From IMG/VR virus record IMGVR_UViG_3300037423_001636, positions 1-64,000 of that record: a stretch of DNA of 64,000 nt. One strand, 5' to 3'. The position numbers and the translations under genes were made by a program. This DNA is from a virus (Duplodnaviria; Heunggongvirae; Uroviricota; Caudoviricetes). The notes under the pieces were generated by a model, which worked only from the letters and a program-made list of their open reading frames with translations, did no database searches and was not told the origin of the DNA. This document shows, piece by piece, positions 48,339 through 57,308 of this stretch. The stretch's first letter is position 1. Every line of letters starts with the position of its first letter.

Positions 48339-48632
48339 GTGAATAGCAGAACGCTCAAAAGACAATCGCTCAGTCAGCTCGCCGCAAAACATGGGGCGAT
48401 AGTCGAGGAGGATGAAGGCACGTCAGACATGCGCCTATTCCAAGTCATTGCGCCGGCCGGCAAGATCTGGAAAGGAGCTGATTTGCATACACTGGTAGTC
48501 CAGTGGGCTCGCGGCGGGTCAGATCAAGCAATCCGATTTAATCAGGATAGCTTTAAAGATGTTGCCGAACGTATGTCCCATGGGCTTCGGGATATGACGG
48601 AAGAGGAGCGAGAGCTGTGCGCGGAAGATTGA
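48339..48632 (+). CDS. hypothetical protein (leaderless)
   Basis: box to box. Confidence 0.7.
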   Translation: MNSRTLKRQSLSQLAAKHGAIVEEDEGTSDMRLFQVIAPAGKIWKGADLHTLVVQWARGGSDQAIRFNQDSFKDVAERMSHGLRDMTEEERELCAED

Positions 48633-48680
48633 GGCATTTACCTCACTAGACAGATTCCCCGCACTCTGCTAGACTCAGGC

Positions 48681-49001
48681 ATGGACACTTTCGCCGATTC
48701 TCCTCGTTCTCTACAGGGATTGGAATTCGCTCAGCTACCCAAAACTCCATTTGCGCTACGTTACGATTGGCAAGCTACTCAGGAGGGGCAGCGTGGAGGT
48801 ATGTCATTTCAATCTACTGAATGGCAGGGAATTTCGGCCGATACTTGGGAGCAAGCTAAAATAAAAGCTCGCGCGCTGGTCAGTGCGATCCCAGCAATCC
48901 GTTTCGATTCAAACGAGCCGCATCATCTGCGCGGGTGCTGTCTTGTGGAATTGGTGGCCGAATTAAGCTCATTTCGCACGTTGGTATTAAGTCCGAATTG
49001 A
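48681..49001 (+). CDS. hypothetical protein (leaderless)
   Basis: box to box. Confidence 0.7.
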   Translation: MDTFADSPRSLQGLEFAQLPKTPFALRYDWQATQEGQRGGMSFQSTEWQGISADTWEQAKIKARALVSAIPAIRFDSNEPHHLRGCCLVELVAELSSFRTLVLSPN

Positions 49002-49049
49002 GGTATATTACCCATAGACTGTTCATCTTCAATCTGCTAGAGTGTCCTT

Positions 49050-49793
49050 GTGAAACAAACTCTCCCACACATCCTGTTCAAAGCCGTGTCTGAAAACAGC
49101 AAGACCGGCCCGATACCCACAACCTATTCAGAATCAAAGACATGCCCGAAAAGCTGTCCATTTTTGAAACAGGGTTGCTATTCCAGATACGGCCCATCAT
49201 TCTGGCACTGGCGTAGGCTCGATCAGGGGACTGCAACGGGTCGAATCACGTGGGCGAAATTCCTGAATAAGATTCGGCACTTGAACAGAGGCCAGATCTG
49301 GCGGCATAACGTCGCGGGAGACTTGCCGGGAGATCAGAGTAAGATTGACGGCAAAGCACTGGCAGACCTCACGAGTGCAAACGCGGGGAAAGCAGGGTTC
49401 ACATTTACGCACCACGACGTTCTGTCCAAACAGAATGGCGCGCATAATCGGGCGGCGATTCGCAAAGCGAGTGCCGCGGGATTCACTATAAATCTGAGTG
49501 GGAATAACTTGCAGCATGCTGACAAGCTAGTCGCAACTGGCGTTGCTCCCGTCGTCACTATCGTTCCGACCGGCTCGCCCAACACCCAATTCACTCCAAA
49601 CGGGCATAAGGTCATCATTTGTCCCGCACAAACACGGGAAAACGTGACTTGTAATTCGTGCCGACTCTGCGCTAAGGCAGATCGCTCTATGAAATGCAAT
49701 GGTGGGAAACAGCTGATTATCGGTTTCCTGCCTCATGGAATGGGAGCGAAGTATGCCGAACGCGTTGCGTCCCGCGGGACTGTTGCCGCATGA
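49050..49793 (+). CDS. Cys-rich phage protein (Gp88/radical-SAM-like family)
   Basis: SENSKTG.I, TCPKSCPF...CY, WRHNVAGD, FTH, CPAQ...TC.SC.LC. Confidence 0.7.
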   Translation: MKQTLPHILFKAVSENSKTGPIPTTYSESKTCPKSCPFLKQGCYSRYGPSFWHWRRLDQGTATGRITWAKFLNKIRHLNRGQIWRHNVAGDLPGDQSKIDGKALADLTSANAGKAGFTFTHHDVLSKQNGAHNRAAIRKASAAGFTINLSGNNLQHADKLVATGVAPVVTIVPTGSPNTQFTPNGHKVIICPAQTRENVTCNSCRLCAKADRSMKCNGGKQLIIGFLPHGMGAKYAERVASRGTVAA

Positions 49794-50030
49794 AATGAGG
49801 ACATTTCTCTATTCTATTTTATCACCGAAATCCTCTAGACTTTACACCTATGGAAATCCTCCTAATCATCGCGCTCATCGTGATCGGCTGCATTGCTGAC
49901 GCGATTGCTAAGCGTGATTGAACTAACTCGTCCCGCGATGCCCGCGTGCGCTATCTATTTCTGGCACTGTGGCCAGATGCATTTTACAGCTTAATCGACT
50001 AACCCTCAACCCGACTACGGTCTAAATCAA

Positions 50031-50543
50031 ATGGGCTACACCCACTACTGGCGGCAAAGCCGCTCCTTCAACACCAAAGAATGGGTGAAAATCACAGCGG
50101 AAGCGAAACGCATAGTTGCAAAGGCCATGCGGGGCTACTATGCCGGCCCGGAAACGGCAGAGTCGGCGGCCAACGCCGGACGCGATGAACAGGGTTTTCG
50201 CACTGGATTCGCCGAGAAATCAGCTTGGCGTACGTTCCCCCACGAGGAAATCGGTACGGCGGAACAGGGCAAGCCGATCGCGCTCTGCGGCTCCGACGGC
50301 ACGGGCGAACCTAAATTCACCGCGGATTGCATTGCTCTAAACGGTTCGCGAGCAAAGAACGAGGATTACGAATCATTCGTTCTGGAGCGCGCTCCAAATG
50401 AGACGTTCAATTTCACTAAAACCGAGTATCGACCTTACGATCCTGTCGTAGTGTCCATTCTCGCCGCGGCTCGCACGATTGCGCCGGACGCGATTAAAGT
50501 CAGTTCGGACGGTGGGGAAGGTGCAATCCGGCTACTGTTCTGA
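50031..50543 (+). CDS. conserved phage protein (MGYTHYW family)
   Basis: MGYTHYW, NG....E.F, F.KT...PYD, SSDG. Confidence 0.8.
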   Translation: MGYTHYWRQSRSFNTKEWVKITAEAKRIVAKAMRGYYAGPETAESAANAGRDEQGFRTGFAEKSAWRTFPHEEIGTAEQGKPIALCGSDGTGEPKFTADCIALNGSRAKNEDYESFVLERAPNETFNFTKTEYRPYDPVVVSILAAARTIAPDAIKVSSDGGEGAIRLLF

Positions 50544-50669
50544 CACGAGTGGAAGGCGAAAGATTGAGGTGATCTCCCTACTAGACAGATTGTGGGAAGT
50601 GTGCTAGACTGCGTGCCGTTGATTAGGAAACACCCAAAACAACCAAACAGAGTCTAATCCATCCCCACC

Positions 50670-51029
50670 ATGTCGAAATCTGATCGCCTCTCCCTCATTC
50701 GCCTGCGCCACGCCATTCTGTTCGGCGTCGCGCTTGGCGCAAACGGTTTCCTTCCCGTTAGCCGGGCCGAAGTGAGCAAAGAAGCTCGCGCCGTGAAAGC
50801 GAAAGTCTCCGCTCAAATGGACGATTCGCTCTCCGAGGGTGATCGCATCGAAGCGCCGGCCGGGGCAAGCTCCCTCATCAGCTCTTTCGATTCGATTGAA
50901 GAGGTGAGGGAAACTGATTCCAATTCACTCCTGTCTGCCGCTGAGCGTCGCCAGCTCGCACGCGAAGTCGGGCCGGTCAAGGCGTTCAAAGCTGCCGTTC
51001 GCTCCCTTCCGCTACGTCTGATGGCGTAG
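50670..51029 (+). CDS. hypothetical protein
   Basis: boxed promoter and A/C-rich leader. Confidence 0.7.
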   Translation: MSKSDRLSLIRLRHAILFGVALGANGFLPVSRAEVSKEARAVKAKVSAQMDDSLSEGDRIEAPAGASSLISSFDSIEEVRETDSNSLLSAAERRQLAREVGPVKAFKAAVRSLPLRLMA

Positions 51030-51065
51030 CACGATCCACAAACAAACAAAACAGAGTCAAAACAC

Positions 51066-51090
51066 CCCGGCGGGTTCACACCCCGCCGGG
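51066..51090 (+). terminator. strong intergenic hairpin (terminator or processing site)
   Basis: CCCGGCGGG/CCCGCCGGG 9-bp stem, weak T-tract. Confidence 0.4.
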
Positions 51091-51405
51091 AACTCTATTT
51101 CTTCCCAGATGAAAACTTTCCTCAGCGAATCCGAAATCATTCACCCAACGCCGCATCAGCTTGCCGCGGAGAAGCGCGCCGCGGCTGTAAACGCCAAAGC
51201 GTTTCGCCATCGGGTGGGGGAAGCGCGGGCGCTCGCGCACTGGCGAGTCAAATGGGAAACGGCACAAGGGTTGAAACAAGCTGAGCCATTCGTCTTTTAT
51301 TACTGGTTGGCCTACGGTAGGGCGCTCGGCAAGAATCTCGCGGAGTAAAAAATTGAGGTGTTTGCCCTATGGCGCTAGCCGCGGCAATCTGCTAGAGTGT
51401 CCACC

Positions 51406-51792
51406 GTGAAAACTACTCGCCTCCGCTACTCCGCTTCAATCACTGTCGAGCGCAATGGTCATGAGATCACGCTCAACGTGTCGGCTACAGTCACAGACGA
51501 ACACAAACAGTTCTATCTCAGCGATTTCAAAACGTCGCCAATTCTACCGTGCGACATAACCGCACAAGAGTATGATCTCGCTGAATCTGCGGTGATCGAC
51601 GTGGCGCGATGCTATCCGGAAACAGGTCAATCTGTGGATAGTGTCAATCCCATCGATCACGACGATCTGTGCGGCTGGTTTCGCGCAGGACGGGCCGCGG
51701 CAATGGCTAACCGCAAATTCGAGTTGCCGAGTGGGGAGAGTGATGCGAGGCGCAACGCGTGGAGTGACGGATTTCGGAGCGTGCGAGGATAA
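51406..51792 (+). CDS. hypothetical protein with C-terminal RMF-like motif (leaderless)
   Basis: FRAGRAAA...P......AWSDGF. Confidence 0.65.
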   Translation: MKTTRLRYSASITVERNGHEITLNVSATVTDEHKQFYLSDFKTSPILPCDITAQEYDLAESAVIDVARCYPETGQSVDSVNPIDHDDLCGWFRAGRAAAMANRKFELPSGESDARRNAWSDGFRSVRG

Positions 51793-52138
51793 AAAAGAAA
51801 TAACATGGCCGCAATCTTTTCCATCCCGCTGATTACAGCTAACCGCGTTCCGATTCAAAATGCAATCGTCGGGCCGATTCAATTCCTCGGGATTCCCCGC
51901 TTTCCCACCATGGATAGACTGTGGACCGTGCTTGCCGACACGCGGCGCATTCGGCGTAGTTTGGAGATTGAGCCGGAAAACGTGCATCTGGGAATCACGG
52001 ACGTTCCGGAAATGATTCAGAAGCTACGCGATTACGAGCGCAAGGTGATGGGAATTCTCAGGACGCAGGGCGCAACTGTGTAAAATAGGGAATCAACCCT
52101 AGAGACAAAATCAAATCAATCTGCTAGAGCCTATCCCA

Positions 52139-52477
52139 GTGAGCGGAATTACTGTAAAAGAACTGAGAGAACGGGACGGCGGCCGATGGGGCGGCAAACC
52201 TCGTGTCAAACGTGCCGAGCTGTTCACGAAAAACGGGTTTCCCGTCCAAGGGCTGCGCAACGCGCTAGACGTTTACGAGTGCAAAACGCTAGAAGAATTG
52301 CAGGCGAAAATCGCCAACCCAGACGAATTCATCGGGCCGAACAGTTTCATGCGTGTGCGCGGTTGCGGCCAACCGGGAAACCCGGGCAAAGTGACTCTGT
52401 TTCTATTTCCTCACTTGCTCAGCCGAGCCGAACAGATTGAGGAAAAGACCCTATTGAATTTGGGTGACGGAATCTAG
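52139..52477 (+). CDS. protein with RNAP alpha-CTD-like HhH motif (leaderless)
   Basis: V..LRNAL....C.TLEEL...F.RVRG.G. Confidence 0.45.
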   Translation: MSGITVKELRERDGGRWGGKPRVKRAELFTKNGFPVQGLRNALDVYECKTLEELQAKIANPDEFIGPNSFMRVRGCGQPGNPGKVTLFLFPHLLSRAEQIEEKTLLNLGDGI

Positions 52478-52490
52478 TAGAGTGTTTGCC

Positions 52491-52817
52491 GTGAAAACTA
52501 TTCCCGCCCCGCTGATTCGCACTATCCTAGTCCACTATCGTGCATTCAATTCCGATAGTGTTTTCGTCTATTCTGGCCCGATTCCCATGACGGCCCCGAC
52601 GCACGACAAGCAAACCCGGATCAAGGTGCTCGAAACGATTTTTCGCGAGTGCAATCACGTCGATGGAACGGAATGGATTGAAGGGCGGGGATTGCGCTCT
52701 ATGTCTGCTGAGCTGAGCGGCAAGGGTGATCAAGTTATCTTTCTATTCACGGACGGCACGATCGAACGCTGGGAGTGCAAGCCATTGGGGTGGGTTCAAA
52801 TCGAGGACACTCCGTGA
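52491..52817 (+). CDS. YodL-like protein (leaderless)
   Basis: LETIF...N...RSMS..D.V...W.C...GW. Confidence 0.55.
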   Translation: MKTIPAPLIRTILVHYRAFNSDSVFVYSGPIPMTAPTHDKQTRIKVLETIFRECNHVDGTEWIEGRGLRSMSAELSGKGDQVIFLFTDGTIERWECKPLGWVQIEDTP

Positions 52818-53732
52818 ATCTGATTCTTTTCATCGTGTTCACGGATAAACCCGTCCATCGACGCGGCATCTACACGGCATTCCAAACCAAACGGCACGAA
52901 ATCAAAGCAACTGATTTGCAATCTGCTAGAGAGCTTGCGGTCGCGGCCCATCCCGGCTCAACTGTTTCGATGTCATGGAGTGCGTTTCCCCAGCCCAAAT
53001 AAAATCAAAATGAATTTCATCAAACAGCTGCAATCTGACAATCACGCTCTAGCTGCCGCGCTCGCGCGAGTGGAGACTGAAATCAGCTCATTTCAATCTT
53101 TCCTCCAAAATTCGCCCAAATTTCAGGGATTCGAGCAAAATGGAGAGCGCAAGGATTGGATTTCCACGTCCGACGTGATCGCGCGGCTGATGGAGATACG
53201 TCGGGCCGCGGTCTGCGATACGTTCCAAGGGCACACAAACGTCACGATCAAACACGTGGACAAGTAAGATGACGAATTTTTCGCGCGCGAGGGAAAATGA
53301 GCGCGCGAGTCAAAATAGAATCAATCCAAAATCCTCAAAATCAAAATCGTTCAAATCAATCAAAATGAATCCAATCAACTCCATCTCCGCTTCACAGTCA
53401 CAGCTGCGTTCAGCGACATCCTTTAAGCGCCTTCCCATCGGCGCGAAATTCATCAGCCAAGCCAACGGCACGATCGGCCAGACATTCAGGAAATGCGGGA
53501 ATAGCGCAGCGTTCAAGATCAAGGAGAATGGCATCGGCGAGACGCACGCGAAGATTGCGTTTAGTCGCTCTCATGCTGTGCTCGCGCAGCATTAGACATT
53601 CTACTTGCTCCGCTTCCCTCCGAATCAGCTCAAAAGAAAGCTTGATCCGTTCTGATTAGTCTGAAACGCTGCATGCAGTCCGGGGCATTCCGCCCCGGCA
53701 AAACAAAACACAGTTAATCGGAGTTAATCATC

Positions 53733-54812
53733 ATGAGTCACGAAATCACCGCGATCGACAAGCAACAAGGCATCTCGCAAGCTTGGCACGGTCTGACCGA
53801 GGTAATGACAGAGATCGTTCTGTCCGTCTGTTTCCTCAGCAAATGGAACGTGAAGAAACGTCCGTTGTACCGCCCCGTTACGGTCAAAGACGAATCCGGC
53901 GCAACCATCAAAACGGACTACGTCGAAACCTCGGCGTGCGACGTGGTTTGCACGGATGATGAAAACATCATCATCGGCAAACCAGTGGACCGCGAGACGT
54001 ACAGTCTGTTAGACAACTCGTCTTTCCTCGCGATCGTTCAAGACGCGATGAATCGAATCAGTGGCGCAATCGTCGCGAGCGTTGGGAGCGTGTGTGCCCG
54101 TGCGCGCATCTTTGTGACGCTGCAAATCCCGCAGTTGCCGTCATTCGTCGCCGCGGATCGGGAATTCAAACCCTACCTGAATTTCCTGTCGTCGCACGAC
54201 AAGTCAGCGCCGTTCACCGTCAACCTGTCCACCGTGTGCACCGTGTGCAATAACACGTTTACCCTTAACCTGATGGACAATAAAAACGATTCGTTTCGGG
54301 TTGAGATTCGCCACACTAAAAACATGGCTGATTCGCTTGCTGACGTGCCCGCTATGATCGAAGCGTTTTATGCGACTGCGCATCGATTCGCAACGGTCCT
54401 AAACGATTTCGCCAAGATCGAGATTTCGGCCGCGGACGCGCGCTCATTCTTCACGGGCTTTCTGACGGAGAAAGACGGAGAAGCGTCGCAAGTTGAACTG
54501 TCCGGCCGGCGAGTGAATCAGATCGATCGGCTCACTCTCCTTTTCGCCATCGGCAAAGGCAATTCCGGACGCAATCTCTCCGACGTGTTTTCCGCTGTGA
54601 CGGATTACTACTCGCACGAATCGGTCAACCAGTCCGGCGAGAACACGCAACGGCAGATCGAATCTTCGGAGTTTGGCTCAGGTGCAGCAATGAAGAGTCT
54701 TGCGTTCGTCGTGCTGCAAGACGCTGAACGGCGCGCCAAGCTGATCACCCGCGGTCAGACGGTACTCGCCGCGCACGAGACACGAGAGAAAGAAAAAGCG
54801 TTGGCGCAGTAA
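53733..54812 (+). CDS. DUF932 family (phage/plasmid TIGR03299-like) protein
   Basis: AWHGL, Y....N, S.GS, SHD, VCTVCNNT, RHT, AVTDY.SH, FGSG..K. Confidence 0.85.
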   Translation: MSHEITAIDKQQGISQAWHGLTEVMTEIVLSVCFLSKWNVKKRPLYRPVTVKDESGATIKTDYVETSACDVVCTDDENIIIGKPVDRETYSLLDNSSFLAIVQDAMNRISGAIVASVGSVCARARIFVTLQIPQLPSFVAADREFKPYLNFLSSHDKSAPFTVNLSTVCTVCNNTFTLNLMDNKNDSFRVEIRHTKNMADSLADVPAMIEAFYATAHRFATVLNDFAKIEISAADARSFFTGFLTEKDGEASQVELSGRRVNQIDRLTLLFAIGKGNSGRNLSDVFSAVTDYYSHESVNQSGENTQRQIESSEFGSGAAMKSLAFVVLQDAERRAKLITRGQTVLAAHETREKEKALAQ

Positions 54813-54836
54813 CCCGGCGCAACACTCGCACTCTCC

Positions 54837-54863
54837 AAGCCCATCGGAAACGATGGGCTTTTT
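54837..54863 (+). terminator. Rho-independent terminator
   Basis: AAGCCCATCG-GAAA-CGATGGGCTT-TTT. Confidence 0.85.
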
Positions 54864-54959
54864 CGTCTGAACGCGAAGCGCGAACTACGTAGTTCCCGCA
54901 CCGTTAGCGCCCACTCTCCCCTTGCGCCTTAAGGCCCAAGGGCGCAACCTGTCCGCGCT

Positions 54960-55196
54960 ATGGCCAATCCAATCCAAGTCTATTCACGCAACGTTTACGG
55001 GATTGATCGCACTTACGCGATCGATCCTCTTGTTTCCGATTCACTCCAAACCCTGACGGGACAACGGACACTTTCCGCGGCTCAGCTAGACGCATTGCGA
55101 GAGCTAGGCCACCGGATCGAGCTAGTCCACGATCCTAGGGCAAAGTATGGCAAGACCGTGATCACTACGAAAGACCTACCTGCAACGCTTTCGTAA
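54960..55196 (+). CDS. small phage protein
   Basis: NVYG....Y...LTG..TL....L..LG. Confidence 0.7.
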   Translation: MANPIQVYSRNVYGIDRTYAIDPLVSDSLQTLTGQRTLSAAQLDALRELGHRIELVHDPRAKYGKTVITTKDLPATLS

Positions 55197-55214
55197 ACCT
55201 CCTACCCTCCTACA

Positions 55215-55724
55215 ATGGACACTACTTCCGCTCCTACCCTGCCCGCGCTAGTCCAGCTTTACCCGCTACTCCGCCGGATCACTGAGCGCAAAGGACAATT
55301 CGTCTCGTGCCTTTGGATTCACTCTCTCAAGTCTCGTAAAGGTGTTTCCGCCCTAGTCACAAAAGAGGTTCGCACCACCGTGCGGAGTGGCATCATTTAC
55401 GACAACCGCGAATCAGTCCAATTGGCTCGCACCGTTGGCAGTCGCCAAGGCGAAAGCTTGCCACCCGTCAACGCTGGACTTCCGTGGGGCGAATGGTTGG
55501 CTTTCCCTTATGTCATCGGGCACAAGGGAGCGCACTACGTTCGCCTTTATCCCGTGCTTCGCTCTGATGGCGCGCCGCGCAAGTGCAAGGTGATCTATCG
55601 GGAGAACGGTGCGCGCATTACTCGCGAGCGTGCGCAGTCCCTTTGCCTCGCATCTGAGTTTGGCGAGACAACAGACGTTACATGCTACACGCTGCGCCTG
55701 TCCGCGCTGCGTCGCGTGCGATAG
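55215..55724 (+). CDS. conserved phage protein
   Basis: G..Y.N, LPWGEW..FPY.I.HKG..Y.R.YP. Confidence 0.75.
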   Translation: MDTTSAPTLPALVQLYPLLRRITERKGQFVSCLWIHSLKSRKGVSALVTKEVRTTVRSGIIYDNRESVQLARTVGSRQGESLPPVNAGLPWGEWLAFPYVIGHKGAHYVRLYPVLRSDGAPRKCKVIYRENGARITRERAQSLCLASEFGETTDVTCYTLRLSALRRVR

Positions 55725-55748
55725 GGCGCAAACAGTCTAGCACACTTC

Positions 55749-55778
55749 GCCCCACTGGCAACGGTGGGGCTTTTCTTT
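55749..55778 (+). terminator. Rho-independent terminator ending the early region
   Basis: GCCCCACTG-GCAA-CGGTGGGGC-TTTTCTTT. Confidence 0.85.
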
Positions 55779-55916
55779 GCCTTTAAACGAACGATCTTTT
55801 CCCAACCCTCTAGAGGGAAGCGTGCCGATCGTGTAGGGTAGTGGCGGCCGGCGGTCAGATTGCGTCTAACGCAGCGCAAAGCGTGTTTCCGTGGATTTGC
55901 AACTATCTAGCAGACT

Positions 55917-56160
55917 TGGGGTTAACACCCTAGACGCACTAGGATGATCACCCTAGAGAGTGCGGCCGGCGAATGGCGCAAGTCTATTGCATAACATATG
56001 GACAAGATCACCCTAGATCGCGCAAGGTAAACACCCTATCCGTTGCAAGTTGTTGCGCTTGCGCTACTTGCTTATACGTAGTGTCCGCATAGGGTGTTCA
56101 CCTTCAGATCAATTTCGTTTTTGCAGTAAAACACCCTAGGAGAGTAGGGGAAAGACTCTA
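55917..56160. repeat. cluster of 7 box or half-box sites (CACCCTA core)
   Basis: starts at 55917, 55940, 56000, 56023, 56090, 56123, 56145. Confidence 0.75.
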
Positions 56161-56564
56161 GCAGAGAAGAGAATGGATTGCGCCAGAGGGTGGCATACCG
56201 GATTTCGTAAAAGCAAGAAAGTTGCGATAGGCGAGGGCGAGCCCCCGGGCATTGAATCCCACCTCTATGCCTATCAAACTCTAAAGGTCTCTTCGTTTGG
56301 GAAAAGTGGATGGCTATTTTCCTCTGGAGGTCCGCAGATACCCCCATACACCTTTCTAAAATATGGCTGACCCTATATGGCGAAACCTGAAAGTCGATTC
56401 CAAAAATCGGGGGACTATTTGGCTCTAAACCTTTATAAATATCCCGCCAAAATAGCGGAATAAATGGCGGAATTTGAGAGAATTTAGCGGATTTAGACAC
56501 AACTTTGCTAGATTTAGCGTAATTTAAGGCGAAGTCCACATTTGGTGGCTAGACAGTCTAACAC

Positions 56565-57293
56565 TTGAAAACACGTAAATGTTACAATCCCTGTAATCGT
56601 GCGCTGGCGCGACCTGAACTGACCCGAGAATTTCTTGAGAAAAAATATATACAAGAACGGGCTACGGTTATAGCGATTTCCAAAGAAACTGGGTGGAGTT
56701 CTACTTTTATCCACAAGAGAATCACTCGGCTTGGAATCAACCGGCCAGAAAAATACAAAGATCTGACTGGTCATAAATACGGGCGATTGACCGTATTAAA
56801 TTTTGAGTCTCTTGGAAAATATGGCGCAGTGTGGAATTGTGTGTGTGAATGTGGCTCACAAAAGAAAGCAAGAGCGCACAACCTAAAAAACGGTAACACA
56901 AAAAGTTGTGGATGTTTGGCCAGAGCTTATGTGGGAAAAATATCGGGAAGACATTTTTCAAATATAAGACTCGGAGCTAAGCACAGAAATATACATTTCG
57001 ATATAACAATTGAAGAAATTTGGGATCTATACGTTGAGCAAAATGGTAAATGTGCCATCAGTGGAGAAGATATTGTTCTGAGTTTAGATAGGGACACCGA
57101 AGTGACCGCTTCACTAGATAGAATAGATTCCAATGCTGGATATACCATAGAAAACGTCCAATGGGTTCATAAAGAAATCAACTGTATGAAAATGGACCAC
57201 CCAGAAAAACACTTTTTAGAATGGATCGAGAAAATCTATCTGTTCCAGAAAACGAAGTCCCCAGTAGTGGGGCTAGTCATCCAACAACAATAA
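56565..57293 (+). CDS. HNH-type homing endonuclease-like protein
   Basis: DLTG.KYGRLTV, W.C.CECG, TKSCGC, CAISG, SLDRIDSN.GY...NVQWVHK..N; visibly more AT-rich than flanks. Confidence 0.8.
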   Translation: MKTRKCYNPCNRALARPELTREFLEKKYIQERATVIAISKETGWSSTFIHKRITRLGINRPEKYKDLTGHKYGRLTVLNFESLGKYGAVWNCVCECGSQKKARAHNLKNGNTKSCGCLARAYVGKISGRHFSNIRLGAKHRNIHFDITIEEIWDLYVEQNGKCAISGEDIVLSLDRDTEVTASLDRIDSNAGYTIENVQWVHKEINCMKMDHPEKHFLEWIEKIYLFQKTKSPVVGLVIQQQ

Positions 57294-57308
57294 AATAGGA
57301 TTGAAAAT

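Larger units (their letters stand above)
15638..52453 (+). promoter_or_regulatory. Dispersed family of about 30 boxed promoters: TRRGG-N6-CCYYA abutting -35 (TAGAC/TTGnn), 17-18 bp spacer, TGnTAnnnT -10, leaderless start
   Basis: box starts at 15638, 15657, 17357, 19053, 19468, 21837, 23211, 26400, 31491, 32698, 33109, 33926, 35009, 36373, 38248, 38928 (degenerate), 39853, 40368, 42198, 43247, 44557, 45699, 46796, 47829, 48287, 48630, 48999, 49796, 50565, 51354, 52086, 52438; degenerate copy at 6553. Confidence 0.9.

Noticed and set aside
1-55724. Numerous minus-strand and alternate-frame ORFs in the track
   Set aside because: They shadow a continuous + strand gene chain supported by promoters and stop/start overlaps
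56707-56715. DnaA box TTATCCACA
   Set aside because: Single copy inside the HNH coding sequence
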